A program made the position numbers and the translations under genes. From Angustibacter luteus (GTDB taxonomy: Bacteria > Actinomycetota > Actinomycetes > Actinomycetales > Angustibacteraceae): a stretch of 64,000 bases of DNA. The DNA is taken from positions 62,001-126,000 of the forward strand of contig NZ_BAABFP010000004.1 in NCBI RefSeq assembly GCF_039541115.1, written 5' to 3'. Positions 37,539 through 47,189 of this stretch are shown here, one piece after another. Numbering within the stretch: the stretch's first letter is position 1; the number at the start of each line of letters is the position of its first letter. The notes under the pieces were generated by a model that made no database searches, was not told the origin of the DNA, and worked only from the letters and a program-made list of their open reading frames with translations.

Positions 37539-37638
37539 GGCGGCAGCCTAGGCACCCGTTCGGACCAGAGCGGCGGAAACGAGTCCGCCCGGGCGGCCGA
37601 CATCTGCCACCATCCGGGGCGACCTGGAAGGGGAAGAC

Positions 37639-38055
37639 GTGTTCCTGATGTTTCGTGGGCTGCCGGTCCTGATCGAGATCTGCCTGTTCGTCTACTGCCT
37701 GATCGATGCGATCCAGACGCCCAGTGACGAGATGCGCAACCTGCCGAAGGTGACCTGGGTCATCCTGATCATCCTCGTGCCGTTCATCGGCAGCATCGCC
37801 TGGCTGGTCGCAGGCAAGCCGACGACCCGCCGGCAGAGCGCCTGGGCGGCCGGCCGCGGCTTTCCCGAGTACGAACGCCCGCACGCACCCCGCGGATACG
37901 CCCCGGACGACGACCCCGCCTTCCTCGCCCAGCTGCGCAAGGTCGACGACGAGCACCGGGATGCCCTGCGTCGCTGGGAGGAAGACCTGCGTCAGCGCGA
38001 GGACAAGATGCGCCCCAAGGACATGGAGGAGCCGGACGGCGCAGCGCCGGCCTGA
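37639..38055 (+). CDS. PLD nuclease N-terminal (PLDc_N) domain membrane protein
   Basis: YCLID...LPKVTWVILIILVPFIGSIAWL...APDDDPAFL. Confidence 0.9.
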   Translation: MFLMFRGLPVLIEICLFVYCLIDAIQTPSDEMRNLPKVTWVILIILVPFIGSIAWLVAGKPTTRRQSAWAAGRGFPEYERPHAPRGYAPDDDPAFLAQLRKVDDEHRDALRRWEEDLRQREDKMRPKDMEEPDGAAPA

Positions 38056-38127
38056 CCCAGCACATGACGAGCTCGCACACACGATCTCGCTGACCAGTGG
38101 CAGTCAGAACAGCACGCGCCCGCGCCG

Positions 38128-39495
38128 TCAGCGTGCTCGGCAGCCAGTCATCCGGTTGCTGCGCATGCTGGTGATCAGGTCAGTGGCATCAACAGCAGAC
38201 CGGCAGACGTCCTCGTCCCAGCCGTCGGGTGTGGGCAGACTCCGGACCTCGCGCGACAGGAGCAGGGGCAGGGACGCCGCCGCGGCGAGGGCCGCTGCCG
38301 CGAGGGTCGCCCCCGAGGCGCCCAGACCGTGCAGGAGCGCTCCGCCCGTCAGCGGACCGAGCGGCTGGATGACTGTGGCGCCGAAGGTGAGCCCGGCCCC
38401 GACGCGCCCCTGCAGCCCGTCCGGGGTGATCGCGCTGACATACGCCGAGATCGCCGCGACGCCGGCCGGGTGCACCAGCATCGCGATGGCGAACAACCCG
38501 CCGACGAGCCACGGGTCGTCGGTGAGGGCCATCGGCAGGACGACGACACCGAGCACCACCGCAGTGGCGATGGCGAGGAGGCCGGAGGGCACCCGGCGGA
38601 TCAGCGCGGGCGCAGCCACCGCCCCGACCAGGCCACCCAGCGCCGCCGCTGTCTCGACGGCCCCGATCTGCGCGGGCGCGGCGCCGGCGGCAGAGAGCTT
38701 CAGCACGATGACGAGGAACAGCGCGAGCAGCGCGAAGTTGGTCAGGGCCGCGTACGCGAGGTACGCCCGGAAGAACGGCCGGGCCCACAGGAACCGAAGC
38801 CCCTCGACCAGGTCCCGCCGCAGCGATGTACCGGACCGGCGGACCGGCGCAGGCAGAGGCGTCACGATGCGGTTCAGCACCAGGCAGGAGAACGCGTAGC
38901 TCGCGGCGTCGACCAGGAACGGGAGCCAGGGCTGCACCGCGTACAGCGCACCACCCAACGGCGGGCCGGCGAGCTGCGCGGCCTGCTGGCGGACCTGGGT
39001 CTGGCTGTACGCCTCCGGCAGTTGCGCCGACGGCACCAGCGATCGCACGGCGGCCGTCTCTGCCGGGTCGAAGAGAGCCTTGGCCAGTCCGGTCGCTATC
39101 GCCACCGCCAGCAGGTGCGGCAGGGTCAGCACCCCGGCCCACTGCGCCGTCGCCGCGCTCGCGTACAGCGCCGCGCAGACGACCTGCGCGGACGTCATCA
39201 CCCGTTTGCGATCCCACTGGTCGGCAAGGACGCCGCCCGGCAGTCGGCCGAGCGTGCTGGCCGCAGCGAACGCGGACCCGACCAGCCCGGCTTGGAGCAC
39301 CGAGCCGGTCAGTGCCAGCCCGACCAGCGGGAAGACGAGGAAGCTCATCGCCGACCCCAGCGACGAGACCGCCTGCGCGGTCCACAGGCGCATGCAGTCC
39401 GGGTGCCGCCACAGCGAGCGTTCCGCAGGGTGAGGGTCGGCGACAGCCGTCGCAGGCGGCGTCCCGTCCACCTCGGTGTCGCCGCCGCCGTTCAC
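38128..39495 (-). CDS. MFS transporter (DHA3-like)
   Basis: [29 protein letters not shown]; about 12 hydrophobic segments; GTGA overlap with the upstream gene. Confidence 0.9.
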   Translation of the reverse strand: MNGGGDTEVDGTPPATAVADPHPAERSLWRHPDCMRLWTAQAVSSLGSAMSFLVFPLVGLALTGSVLQAGLVGSAFAAASTLGRLPGGVLADQWDRKRVMTSAQVVCAALYASAATAQWAGVLTLPHLLAVAIATGLAKALFDPAETAAVRSLVPSAQLPEAYSQTQVRQQAAQLAGPPLGGALYAVQPWLPFLVDAASYAFSCLVLNRIVTPLPAPVRRSGTSLRRDLVEGLRFLWARPFFRAYLAYAALTNFALLALFLVIVLKLSAAGAAPAQIGAVETAAALGGLVGAVAAPALIRRVPSGLLAIATAVVLGVVVLPMALTDDPWLVGGLFAIAMLVHPAGVAAISAYVSAITPDGLQGRVGAGLTFGATVIQPLGPLTGGALLHGLGASGATLAAAALAAAASLPLLLSREVRSLPTPDGWDEDVCRSAVDATDLITSMRSNRMTGCRAR

Positions 39496-39857
39496 AGCGT
39501 CGAGGTCGTGGGACCGCGGTGGGCGAAGCGCTCCCACGCCGACTGCTTGGACATGCCCAGCGCCTGCCCGATCCTTGCCCAGGTGACCTGGCGGGCGCGC
39601 AACCGGACCACCCGGTCCGCGACCGCGTCCTCGACCGCTTCGTGGGTGGCGGACACCCGGGCGATGTCGACCAGCAGATCCTCGTCGGTGCGGTCGTCCA
39701 GCGACGGGAAGTGCGGAGTCGCCCGGCCGTCGAAGATCAGCTGGCACAGGGCGACGCACTCGTCGCAGATGTACACGCCCGGGCCTTTCACGAGGTGGGC
39801 CGTCTCGCCCTGACCCTTGCCGCAGAACGAGCACCTCGGTACGAACGCTTCGACCAT
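39492..39857 (-). CDS. ClpX C4-type zinc finger + HTH small protein
   Basis: CSFCGK...[17 protein letters not shown] followed by [21 protein letters not shown]. Confidence 0.9.
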   Translation of the reverse strand: MVEAFVPRCSFCGKGQGETAHLVKGPGVYICDECVALCQLIFDGRATPHFPSLDDRTDEDLLVDIARVSATHEAVEDAVADRVVRLRARQVTWARIGQALGMSKQSAWERFAHRGPTTSTL

Positions 39858-39880
39858 GGCAGACCCACCCTCTCGCCCGC

Positions 39881-39923
39881 CGTCAGGCATTCCCTGACGC
39901 GGTTTGTCAGGCTACACCTGACG
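39881..39923. promoter_or_regulatory. two tandem palindromic operators GTCAGG-N5-CCTGAC
   Basis: 39882-39898 and 39906-39922, 24-bp period. Confidence 0.75.
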
Positions 39924-39955
39924 CTGCTCGTCCAGGCGCCGAAACCCTGAACGAC

Positions 39956-39991
39956 GAAACCCCGCCGGGACCGGGGTCCAGGCGGGGTTTC
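39956..39991 (-). terminator. terminator after tRNA-Ser(CGA)
   Basis: GAAACCCCGCC...GGCGGGGTTTC. Confidence 0.8.
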
Positions 39992-40016
39992 AGGCCCTCA
40001 ACTCGCAAGGACCGCG

Positions 40017-40106
40017 TGGCGGTGGCGGTGGGATTTGAACCCACGGAGGAGTTACCCCCTCACACGCTTTCGAGGCGTGCTCCTTAGGCCGCTCGGACAC
40101 GCCACC
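40017..40106 (-). tRNA. tRNA-Ser(CGA)
   Basis: Minus strand CACGC-CTCGAAA-GCGTG anticodon arm, long variable arm, GGTTCAAATCC, CCA. Confidence 0.97.
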
Positions 40107-40119
40107 GCCGAGAAGGGTA

Positions 40120-40593
40120 CTAGAGCCGGTGCTCGGCGAAGAAATCGAGCAGCAGCCGTGAGCACTCGTCAGCCCGGACGCCGCCGACCACCTCCACGCG
40201 GTGATTCACCCGCCGGTCGCGGACCAGGTCCCAGACCGAGCCGGCCGCCCCGGCCTTCGCGTCCCACGCACCGAGGACCAGACGCGACACCCGGGCCAGC
40301 ACCAGCGCCCCCGCGCACATCGCGCAGGGCTCCAGGGTCACCACGAGCGTGCACCCGGTGAGCCGCCACTCGCCCTGGGCAGCGGCGGCCGAGCGCAACG
40401 CCAGGACCTCGGCGTGCGCCGTGGGGTCGCCGTCCGCCTCACGTCGGTTGACCCCGGTGCCGATCACCCGACCCCCGGCGTCCACGACGACCGCACCCAC
40501 CGGCACATCACCGGACGACGCCGCCGCCGCAGCCTGCTCCAGGGCCAGACCCATCCACGCCTCGTCGGAAGGGTCGACCGACCAGCCGCTCAC
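40120..40593 (-). CDS. tadA: tRNA adenosine(34) deaminase
   Basis: DVPVGAVVV, TAHAE, TLEPCAMC. Confidence 0.95.
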   Translation of the reverse strand: MSGWSVDPSDEAWMGLALEQAAAAASSGDVPVGAVVVDAGGRVIGTGVNRREADGDPTAHAEVLALRSAAAAQGEWRLTGCTLVVTLEPCAMCAGALVLARVSRLVLGAWDAKAGAAGSVWDLVRDRRVNHRVEVVGGVRADECSRLLLDFFAEHRL

Positions 40594-41201
40594 CGCAGCG
40601 CTTCGAGCAGCTCGTCGAAGCCGCAGCGCTCGCCGAGGTCCGCGACGACCGAGCCGGGGTCGTTCGGCGACTCCAGCACCAGGTCGACGAGGTCGGCTGG
40701 GTCCACCCCGAAGTCCTCCAGCACACCGGGATCACCGACCCACGGCGGCGGCGGCTCGACCTCGATCGCGGCAGCCGCGAGGTCGGCCTCCGCCTCGGCC
40801 ATCAGCGGGTCCTCGTCCAGCTCGTGGCCGTCCTGGTCCGCGTCGTCGTCGTCCTCGTCGTCGCCCAGGTCCGACTGCGCCGTCGTTGCGGCAGAAGGGT
40901 TTCGCAGGTCGAGGTACTCCTCGAGCTCCACCTCGCCGACGGGGGCGAGCAGCGTCGCGTAGTGCCCGGTCTGGCTGGCCTCGAAGTCACTGACGAACGC
41001 CCGCGGGTCGTCGTCCCCGTCGACCCGGATCAGCGCGAACCACAGCTCCTCGTGCTCCACCACGGCCAGCACCGGACCGGCGTGTCCCGTGGAGCGCAGG
41101 TGCTCCGCCAGCTCGTCGAGCGACTCCACGTCGTCCACATCGACGTCCAGCGCGCGCCATCGCGACCCCGTGCGGCCGATCACTGCGCAGAAGTACGACA
41201 C
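40590..41201 (-). CDS. tRNA adenosine deaminase-associated protein
   Basis: VSYF start, [19 protein letters not shown], acidic tract; lies between upp and tadA. Confidence 0.85.
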   Translation of the reverse strand: MSYFCAVIGRTGSRWRALDVDVDDVESLDELAEHLRSTGHAGPVLAVVEHEELWFALIRVDGDDDPRAFVSDFEASQTGHYATLLAPVGEVELEEYLDLRNPSAATTAQSDLGDDEDDDDADQDGHELDEDPLMAEAEADLAAAAIEVEPPPPWVGDPGVLEDFGVDPADLVDLVLESPNDPGSVVADLGERCGFDELLEALR

Positions 41202-41274
41202 CCATCCATCGTGGCACGACCTGAGCGCCGGGTGCAGGGTCCCAAAGCGACGTCCAGCCGGTACGTTCTCGGGT

Positions 41275-41913
41275 ATGCGCGTCCACGTCGCGGACCATCC
41301 GCTCATCGCCCACAAGCTCACCGCCCTGCGTGACGAGACCACCGACTCGCCGACCTTCCGCCGGCTCGCGGACGAGCTCGTCACGCTGCTCGCCTACGAG
41401 GCGACCCGCGACGTCCGCGTGCAGCCGGTCGAGGTCCGGACCCCGGTGGGCCCGGCGACCGGCGTCCGGCTGAGCCAGCCCAAGCCGCTGGTCGTGCCGA
41501 TCCTGCGGGCGGGGCTGGGCATGCTCGACGGCATGGTCCGGCTGCTGCCGACGGCCGAGGTCGGGTTCCTCGGCATGGTGCGCGACGAGTCGACGTTGAA
41601 GGCCACCACCTACGCGAACCGGCTCCCGGACGATCTCTCCGGCCGCCAGTGCTACCTGCTCGACCCGATGCTCGCCACGGGCGGCACGCTGGCCGCCGCG
41701 ATCCACTTCCTGGTGGACCTCGGTGCGGACGACATCACCGCGATCACCCTGCTCAGCGCTCCCGAGGGCGTCGCCCGGCTGGAGTCCGAGCTCGCCGGGC
41801 TCGACGTGCCGGTGTCCGTGGTGACCGCCGCCATGGATGAGCGGCTCAACGAGCACGGCTACATCGTCCCCGGGCTCGGCGACGCCGGCGACCGCCTGTA
41901 CGGCGTCGTCTGA
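41275..41913 (+). CDS. upp: uracil phosphoribosyltransferase
   Basis: [38 protein letters not shown]. Confidence 0.97.
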   Translation: MRVHVADHPLIAHKLTALRDETTDSPTFRRLADELVTLLAYEATRDVRVQPVEVRTPVGPATGVRLSQPKPLVVPILRAGLGMLDGMVRLLPTAEVGFLGMVRDESTLKATTYANRLPDDLSGRQCYLLDPMLATGGTLAAAIHFLVDLGADDITAITLLSAPEGVARLESELAGLDVPVSVVTAAMDERLNEHGYIVPGLGDAGDRLYGVV

Positions 41914-41988
41914 GATCGGGCGATTCGGGCTGAGGTCTCGGCGCGCCTCACCCGTTCGGACGATCCGATCGGACAGGATGGCCGCTGG

Positions 41989-42210
41989 ATGGCGCCGTCC
42001 GACCCTGCTGGCGCGCCCACGAACGAGGAAGTGATCGGCATCGGCAAGCTGAAGAAGCCCCTCATCTGGCTCGTCGTCGCCTTCTTCGCCTACGCGATCG
42101 TCAAGTCCCCCGACCAGGCGGCCGACATCGTGCACTCCGCCTGGAACGGCCTGCTCGACGGCCTCCAGGCCATCGGCCACTTCTTCGACGCCCTGCTGTC
42201 GTCGTCCTGA
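41989..42210 (+). CDS. small membrane protein (start uncertain: 41989, 42031 or 42040)
   Basis: KKPLIWLVVAFFAYAIVKSPDQAADIV; high GC3 codon usage. Confidence 0.75.
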   Translation: MAPSDPAGAPTNEEVIGIGKLKKPLIWLVVAFFAYAIVKSPDQAADIVHSAWNGLLDGLQAIGHFFDALLSSS

Positions 42211-42219
42211 CCGTCTGAC

Positions 42220-42810
42220 ATGGGCATCATCCAGCCGGTGGGGCCCCGCTCGCGAGCACCGCAGCCGGCGCTCAACCCGATCGGCCTGCGTCGGGTCCAG
42301 CGGTACCTGCTGCCGAGCGAGCGCGCGGTCATCGTGACCCGGCGGCACTGGGCCGTGGTGGCCGTCCCGGTCGCCGAGGCGCTCCTCGGGATCATCGTGA
42401 GCGGCATCGCCGTGGGCAAGATCGGGGACGCCGCGCCGTTCCTGGTGAACGTGATCGCGCTGGCCGCGATCGCCCTGGTGCTGCGCGCCCTGTGGCGGGT
42501 CGTCGAGTACTGGTGGGACTGGTTCGTCGTCACGGACTCGCGGCTGCTGCTCACCCAGGGCCTGCTCACCCGCAGGGTCGCCGTGATGCCGCTGACCAAG
42601 GTCACCGACATGTCGTACAACGTGTCGATGCTGGGGCGGGTGTTCGGCTACGGCGAGTTCGTGTTCGAGTCCGCCGGCCAAGAGCAGGCCCTGCACAAGG
42701 TGACCTATCTCGGCCGGTCGGACGTGCTGTTCGCGGTGCTATCCGAGGAGCTGTTCGGCGAGCAGGGCATCGTGGCGCGCACCCGCCGCCGGGCGACGTA
42801 CGACGAGTGA
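42220..42810 (+). CDS. bacterial PH (bPH_2) domain membrane protein
   Basis: RRHWAV, FVVTDSR, MPLTKVTDM, GRVFGYG, ESAGQEQAL. Confidence 0.88.
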   Translation: MGIIQPVGPRSRAPQPALNPIGLRRVQRYLLPSERAVIVTRRHWAVVAVPVAEALLGIIVSGIAVGKIGDAAPFLVNVIALAAIALVLRALWRVVEYWWDWFVVTDSRLLLTQGLLTRRVAVMPLTKVTDMSYNVSMLGRVFGYGEFVFESAGQEQALHKVTYLGRSDVLFAVLSEELFGEQGIVARTRRRATYDE

Positions 42811-42828
42811 CCCCACCCGGCCAGCCCC

Positions 42829-42906
42829 GCCATCCCGCAGATATCCCGCTTTCCGGCGTCCTGGCGCTCGAATGAGACCGAATAGCGGGACATTCGGGTG
42901 GATGGG
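42829..42906. repeat. long imperfect palindrome between convergent genes
   Basis: CCATCC..ATATCCCGCT...AGCGGGACAT..GGATGG. Confidence 0.55.
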
Positions 42907-42919
42907 CAGCGGACGGGGG

Positions 42920-43678
42920 TTAGGCGGACGGCGGGGTGCGGGCCTCGCGGTCAGCGGCGTCGAGCGCCGCGGCCTCCTCCGGCGTCGGAGCCGTGCCGCC
43001 CAGGTGCGCCGGGTGCCACCAGGCGTCCTCGCCGGGCTTCGGCTGCTCCGGGGTGCGGCGCTGCAGGTCGTCGAGCAGCTCCTGCAGCCGGGTGCGCAGC
43101 GTCGCGGTCAGCTCGTCGCCGTCCGCACCCTTGGGCGTCGGGATCGGCTCGGCCACCGCGATCAGGATGTGCCGGCCCCGCGACGTGAGGTCCTTCGGGT
43201 GACCCTTCGTGAACATCCGCTGTCCGCCCCAGAGCGCGACGGGCAGCAGCGGCGTCCGGGTGGCCTGGGCCAAGCGCACCGCACCGGACTTGCACTCCTT
43301 CACCGTGAAGGACCGGCTGATCGTGGCCTCGGGGAAGATGCCGACGACCTCGCCGTCCTTCAATGCCGTCATCGCGGCCCGGAACGAGGCGGAACCGGCG
43401 TCCCGGTCGACCGGGATGTGGTGCATGCCGCGCATGAGCGGGCCACCGATCCTGTCCTTGAACACGCCGTCCTTGGCCATGAACCGGGTGAGCCGGCGGG
43501 ACTTGCGGGGGGCGAGCCCGGCGAAGATGAAGTCGAGGTAGCTGACGTGGTTGCTGGCGAGCACCGCGCCGCCCTGACGTGGGACGTGTTCGGTGCCGGT
43601 GACGCTCACCTTCATGCCGAGGGCGAAGAACGCGGTGCGGCACAGGCCGATCACCGGTGGGTACACGAGGTCGGCCAT
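42920..43678 (-). CDS. lysophospholipid acyltransferase (PlsC family)
   Basis: NHVSYLD, FMAK, IFPEATIS. Confidence 0.93.
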   Translation of the reverse strand: MADLVYPPVIGLCRTAFFALGMKVSVTGTEHVPRQGGAVLASNHVSYLDFIFAGLAPRKSRRLTRFMAKDGVFKDRIGGPLMRGMHHIPVDRDAGSASFRAAMTALKDGEVVGIFPEATISRSFTVKECKSGAVRLAQATRTPLLPVALWGGQRMFTKGHPKDLTSRGRHILIAVAEPIPTPKGADGDELTATLRTRLQELLDDLQRRTPEQPKPGEDAWWHPAHLGGTAPTPEEAAALDAADREARTPPSA

Positions 43679-43724
43679 CCGCCGACCCTACTGCCGGGAC
43701 GCCGGACCTGAGTACGGTCGGGTC

Positions 43725-44150
43725 GTGAGCCCTGCCGCACGCCGCTTCCCGCTGGTCCCCGCGACGACCGGGGAGCTCGAGCTCGGCGACCTGTTCGCCG
43801 TCCCGCTGAAGGGCGGCAACCTGTCGGTCTTCCAGGTGCGCGGGCTCAAGACGTCCGGGTCCGGCGCCTACACGCACTTCGTGGCCGGGGTCGTGGACTG
43901 GCGGGCGCCGTCCCTGCCCGTCGGGTTCGACCTGCGCGGACGCCGGGTGCTGGTCGAGGGGGTGCTGCGCTTCGAGACGTTCGGACCGGACCGCGCGCAG
44001 GTGTTCGGCAACTCGGACCTGGTGGTGCCACCGGTGGCGTGGTCCGACCTCGCCAAGGCGTTCGCGGCCGGCACGAACGACGAGGTGTGGTCGTGGAAGA
44101 GCCTGCGCCGGCGGGCCGAGCTGGCGCTGAAGAGCAAGCCGGCGTCCTAG
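43725..44150 (+). CDS. hypothetical protein (possibly Imm26-like)
   Basis: ELGDLFAVPLKGG N-terminal pattern; TACGGT 6 nt before GTG. Confidence 0.6.
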   Translation: MSPAARRFPLVPATTGELELGDLFAVPLKGGNLSVFQVRGLKTSGSGAYTHFVAGVVDWRAPSLPVGFDLRGRRVLVEGVLRFETFGPDRAQVFGNSDLVVPPVAWSDLAKAFAAGTNDEVWSWKSLRRRAELALKSKPAS

Positions 44151-44204
44151 CGCGGGCCCCCTTGTCGAGGGTTACGTCCACTTCTCGAGGGTCCTTCGCC
44201 TCGA

Positions 44205-44240
44205 GAAGCGGGTGCAGACCCACTGAACGTGATCAACGTC
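44205..44240. repeat. 36-bp dispersed repeat, copy 2
   Basis: GAAGCGGG-N10-CTGAACGTGATCAACGTC. Confidence 0.55.
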
Positions 44241-45687
44241 AGAGGGTCTTGACGGCGGCGACGACCTTGGTGAGGGAGTCCTTGGCGTCGCCGAACAACA
44301 GCGTGGTCTTGGGGTCGTAGAGCAGCTCGTTCTCGATGCCCGCGAAGCCGGGGCGCATCGACCGCTTGAGGAACACCACCTGCTGCGCCTGGTCGACCTC
44401 GAGGATCGGCATGCCGTAGATGGGGGCGCCCGGTGTGGTCTTGGCGGCCGGGTTCACCACGTCGTTCGCGCCGACGACGAGGGCGACGTCCGCGGTGCGC
44501 AGCTCGGGGTTGACCTCGTCCATCTCCTTGAGCACCTCGTACGGCACGTTCGCCTCGGCGAGCAGCACGTTCATGTGCCCGGGCATCCGGCCGGCGACCG
44601 GGTGGATGCCGTAGAGCACCTCGATGCCGCGGGCCTCCAGCAGCTCGGCGAGCTCGCGGATGGTGTGCTGCGCCTGCGCGACGGCCAAGCCGTAGCCCGG
44701 GACGATGACCACCTTGCGCGCGTAGCCGAGCAGGATCGCGACGTCCTCGGGGCTGCCCGAGCGGACCGGCCGCTCCGGACCCGTGCCGGCCAGGACCGCC
44801 GTCGACGGCCGGAAGGCGCCGAACAGGATCGACGTGACCGAGCGACCCATCGCCGACGCCATCAGGCGGGTGAGGATCGTGCCGCTCGCGCCGACCAGCG
44901 TGCCGGCCACTAGCAGCAGCGTGTTGTTCAGCACGTAGCCGCTGGCCGCCACCGTGAGGCCGGTGAACGCGTTGAGCAGGGAGATGACGATCGGGACGTC
45001 GGCCCCGCCCACCGGCAGGACGAACAGGACGCCCGCGACGAGCGAGAACAGCGCCAGCACCGCGAGCAGCCAGGCGTCGGGGATGTCCGTGCGGCCCTGC
45101 ACCACGATGACGATGCTGAGCGCGACGGAGACGAGGAGCGAACCGCCGAACAGGTACTGCCCGCCCCTGATCGTGACCGGCCGGGTCGTCATCAGCTCCT
45201 GCAGCTTGGCGAACGTCACGCACGAGCCGCTGAACGAGATGCAGCCGACCAGGACGGTGAAAGCCCCTGCGGCACTGGCGATCCCACCGGGAGCGCCGAG
45301 GAGTGCGTGGCCCTGCGACCCAGGGAGGTAGTCGGTCCAACCGAAGGAGCGTCCGTGCTGCAGCTCGAGCGCGGCCACCAGCGCGGCCGCCGCGCCGCCG
45401 ACCCCGTTGAACAGCGCGACGAGCTGCGGCATCTGCGTCATGGCCACCCGACGCGCCGCCGGCACGCCGATCGCGCAGCCGATCGCGATGGCGACCAGGA
45501 TCGCGAGCACGTGGTCCATGTCCTCGGACAGGAACGCCGTGACCACCGCGAGCACGGCACCGCCGGCGCCGATCAGGTTGCCCCGCCGGGCCGTGCCCGG
45601 GGACGACAGACCTTTGAGCGCCAGGATGAAGCAGACCGCCGCGACGAGGTAGAAGAAGGCGGTCCAGTTCGCCGAGAGCACGCTCAT
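44239..45687 (-). CDS. pntB: NAD(P) transhydrogenase beta subunit
   Basis: MTQMPQLVA, GGADVPIVISLLN, HPVAGRMPGHMNVLLAEA, GANDVVNP. Confidence 0.97.
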   Translation of the reverse strand: MSVLSANWTAFFYLVAAVCFILALKGLSSPGTARRGNLIGAGGAVLAVVTAFLSEDMDHVLAILVAIAIGCAIGVPAARRVAMTQMPQLVALFNGVGGAAAALVAALELQHGRSFGWTDYLPGSQGHALLGAPGGIASAAGAFTVLVGCISFSGSCVTFAKLQELMTTRPVTIRGGQYLFGGSLLVSVALSIVIVVQGRTDIPDAWLLAVLALFSLVAGVLFVLPVGGADVPIVISLLNAFTGLTVAASGYVLNNTLLLVAGTLVGASGTILTRLMASAMGRSVTSILFGAFRPSTAVLAGTGPERPVRSGSPEDVAILLGYARKVVIVPGYGLAVAQAQHTIRELAELLEARGIEVLYGIHPVAGRMPGHMNVLLAEANVPYEVLKEMDEVNPELRTADVALVVGANDVVNPAAKTTPGAPIYGMPILEVDQAQQVVFLKRSMRPGFAGIENELLYDPKTTLLFGDAKDSLTKVVAAVKTL

Positions 45688-45989
45688 CGGGCACCCCCGC
45701 CGGGCCGGCCGGACGAGCGCCCCTTGAACATCTCGAGCATCCGGTCCGTCACCACGAAGCCGCCGACCATGTTCACCGTGGCCAGCACCACGGCCAGCAA
45801 CCCGAGGGTCGTCCCGAACCAGGACGTCGTCTGCCCGGTCACCAGGATCGCGCCGACCAGGATCACGCCGTGGATCGCGTTGGCCCCGCTCATCAACGGC
45901 GTGTGCAGCGTCGTGGACACCTTGGAGACGACCTCGAAGCCCACGAACGCCGCCAGCACGAACAAGGCCAGCATCGTCATGCCGTCCAT
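45684..45989 (-). CDS. pntAB: NAD(P) transhydrogenase alpha subunit, part 2 (membrane)
   Basis: LHTPLMSGANAIHG, GGFVVTDRMLEMF. Confidence 0.95.
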   Translation of the reverse strand: MDGMTMLALFVLAAFVGFEVVSKVSTTLHTPLMSGANAIHGVILVGAILVTGQTTSWFGTTLGLLAVVLATVNMVGGFVVTDRMLEMFKGRSSGRPGGGAR

Positions 45990-47119
45990 CAGTCGCCCCC
46001 TTCCAACAGCTCGCGGGTGGGTTCGTGCAGCACGGCACCGTCACGGGTCACGCAAGCCCCGGCGAGCACCTCGTCGTCCAGGTCGACCACCAGCTCCCCC
46101 TCGGCCGAGATCATCAGCGCCAGCAGGTTCGTCAGGTTCTTGGCGTAGAGCCGACTCGCGTCCGTCGGCATCGCCGACGCGGCGTCGGCCATCCCGACGA
46201 GGGTGACCGGGCCGACCGTGTTCGCCTCTCCCGCAACGGATCCCTCGACGTTGCCGCCACTCTCGGCGGCGAGGTCGACCACCACGGAGCCGGGCTTCAT
46301 GGCCGCGATCATGTCCGCCGTCACCAGCAGCGGCGCCGGTCGCCCGGGCACCGCAGCGGTGGTGATCAGCACGTCGGACTTCGCGACGTACGGCGCGAGC
46401 AGCTCGCGTTGGCGGGTGGCCCGGTCCTCGGCCATCTCGCGCGCGTAGCCGCCGGCCCCTTCGATCGCCTCCAGCTCCAGCTGGACGAACGTCGCCCCCA
46501 TCGACCGCACCTCGTCCGCGGACGCCGGCCGGACGTCGTACGCCTCGACCACCGCACCGAGCCGCTTGGCCGTCGCGATCGCCTGCAGCCCAGCCACTCC
46601 GGCGCCCAGCACCAGCACCCGGGCCGGTGGGACGGTGCCCGCGGCGGTCATGAACAGGGGGAAGAACCGCGGCAGGCGCATCGCCGCCTCGAGCGCGCAG
46701 CGGTAGCCGGCCACCAGCGCCTGCGAGGTCAGCGCGTCCATCGACTGCGCCCGCGAGATGCGCGGCACGAGCTCGACCGAGAACGCGGTGACCGAGGCGT
46801 CCCGGAGCGCGCGCACGCCGTCCGGTTCAGCGGACGGCGCGAGGAAGCCGACGGTGACGGCACCGGGTCTGAGCCGGGAGATCTGGTCGGGCAACAGGGG
46901 GCGCACGTGCAGGACGACGTCCGCGTCGGCGAGCACGTCACCCTCGACCACCGTCGCCCCCACCGCGACGTACGAGGCGTCGTCCGACAGCGACTGCACG
47001 CCCGCACCGGCCTGCACCACGACCTCGTGACCGGCCGCGACGAGTGGCGCGACCGTGTCGGGGACGGCCGCGACCCGTCGTTCGCCTGGGCGGGTCTCCG
47101 CGGGGACGGCGATCTTCAT
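45989..47119 (-). CDS. pntAA: NAD(P) transhydrogenase alpha subunit, part 1
   Basis: GERRVA, PRISRAQSMDAL, GAGVAGLQAI, DLAAESGGN. Confidence 0.96.
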   Translation of the reverse strand: MKIAVPAETRPGERRVAAVPDTVAPLVAAGHEVVVQAGAGVQSLSDDASYVAVGATVVEGDVLADADVVLHVRPLLPDQISRLRPGAVTVGFLAPSAEPDGVRALRDASVTAFSVELVPRISRAQSMDALTSQALVAGYRCALEAAMRLPRFFPLFMTAAGTVPPARVLVLGAGVAGLQAIATAKRLGAVVEAYDVRPASADEVRSMGATFVQLELEAIEGAGGYAREMAEDRATRQRELLAPYVAKSDVLITTAAVPGRPAPLLVTADMIAAMKPGSVVVDLAAESGGNVEGSVAGEANTVGPVTLVGMADAASAMPTDASRLYAKNLTNLLALMISAEGELVVDLDDEVLAGACVTRDGAVLHEPTRELLEGGD

Positions 47120-47189
47120 ACCCAGGCAACCTAGAGGGTCAAGGGCTGCCACGACGAGATGCGATGCGTCACATCTGCCGTGCGAGTGG

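Noticed and set aside
39492..39857. clpX pseudogene fragment
   Set aside because: The ORF is intact and the zinc finger continues into an HTH-like domain rather than a degraded ATPase. It has its own operators.
24201..40106. Integrated prophage or genomic island between the two tRNA-Ser genes
   Set aside because: No integrase, capsid or terminase gene, and I saw no duplicated tRNA 3' end (att site). The content includes conserved genes.
44239..47119. Split pntA as a frameshift or pseudogene
   Set aside because: The three-gene pntAA-pntAB-pntB arrangement is a normal known organisation.
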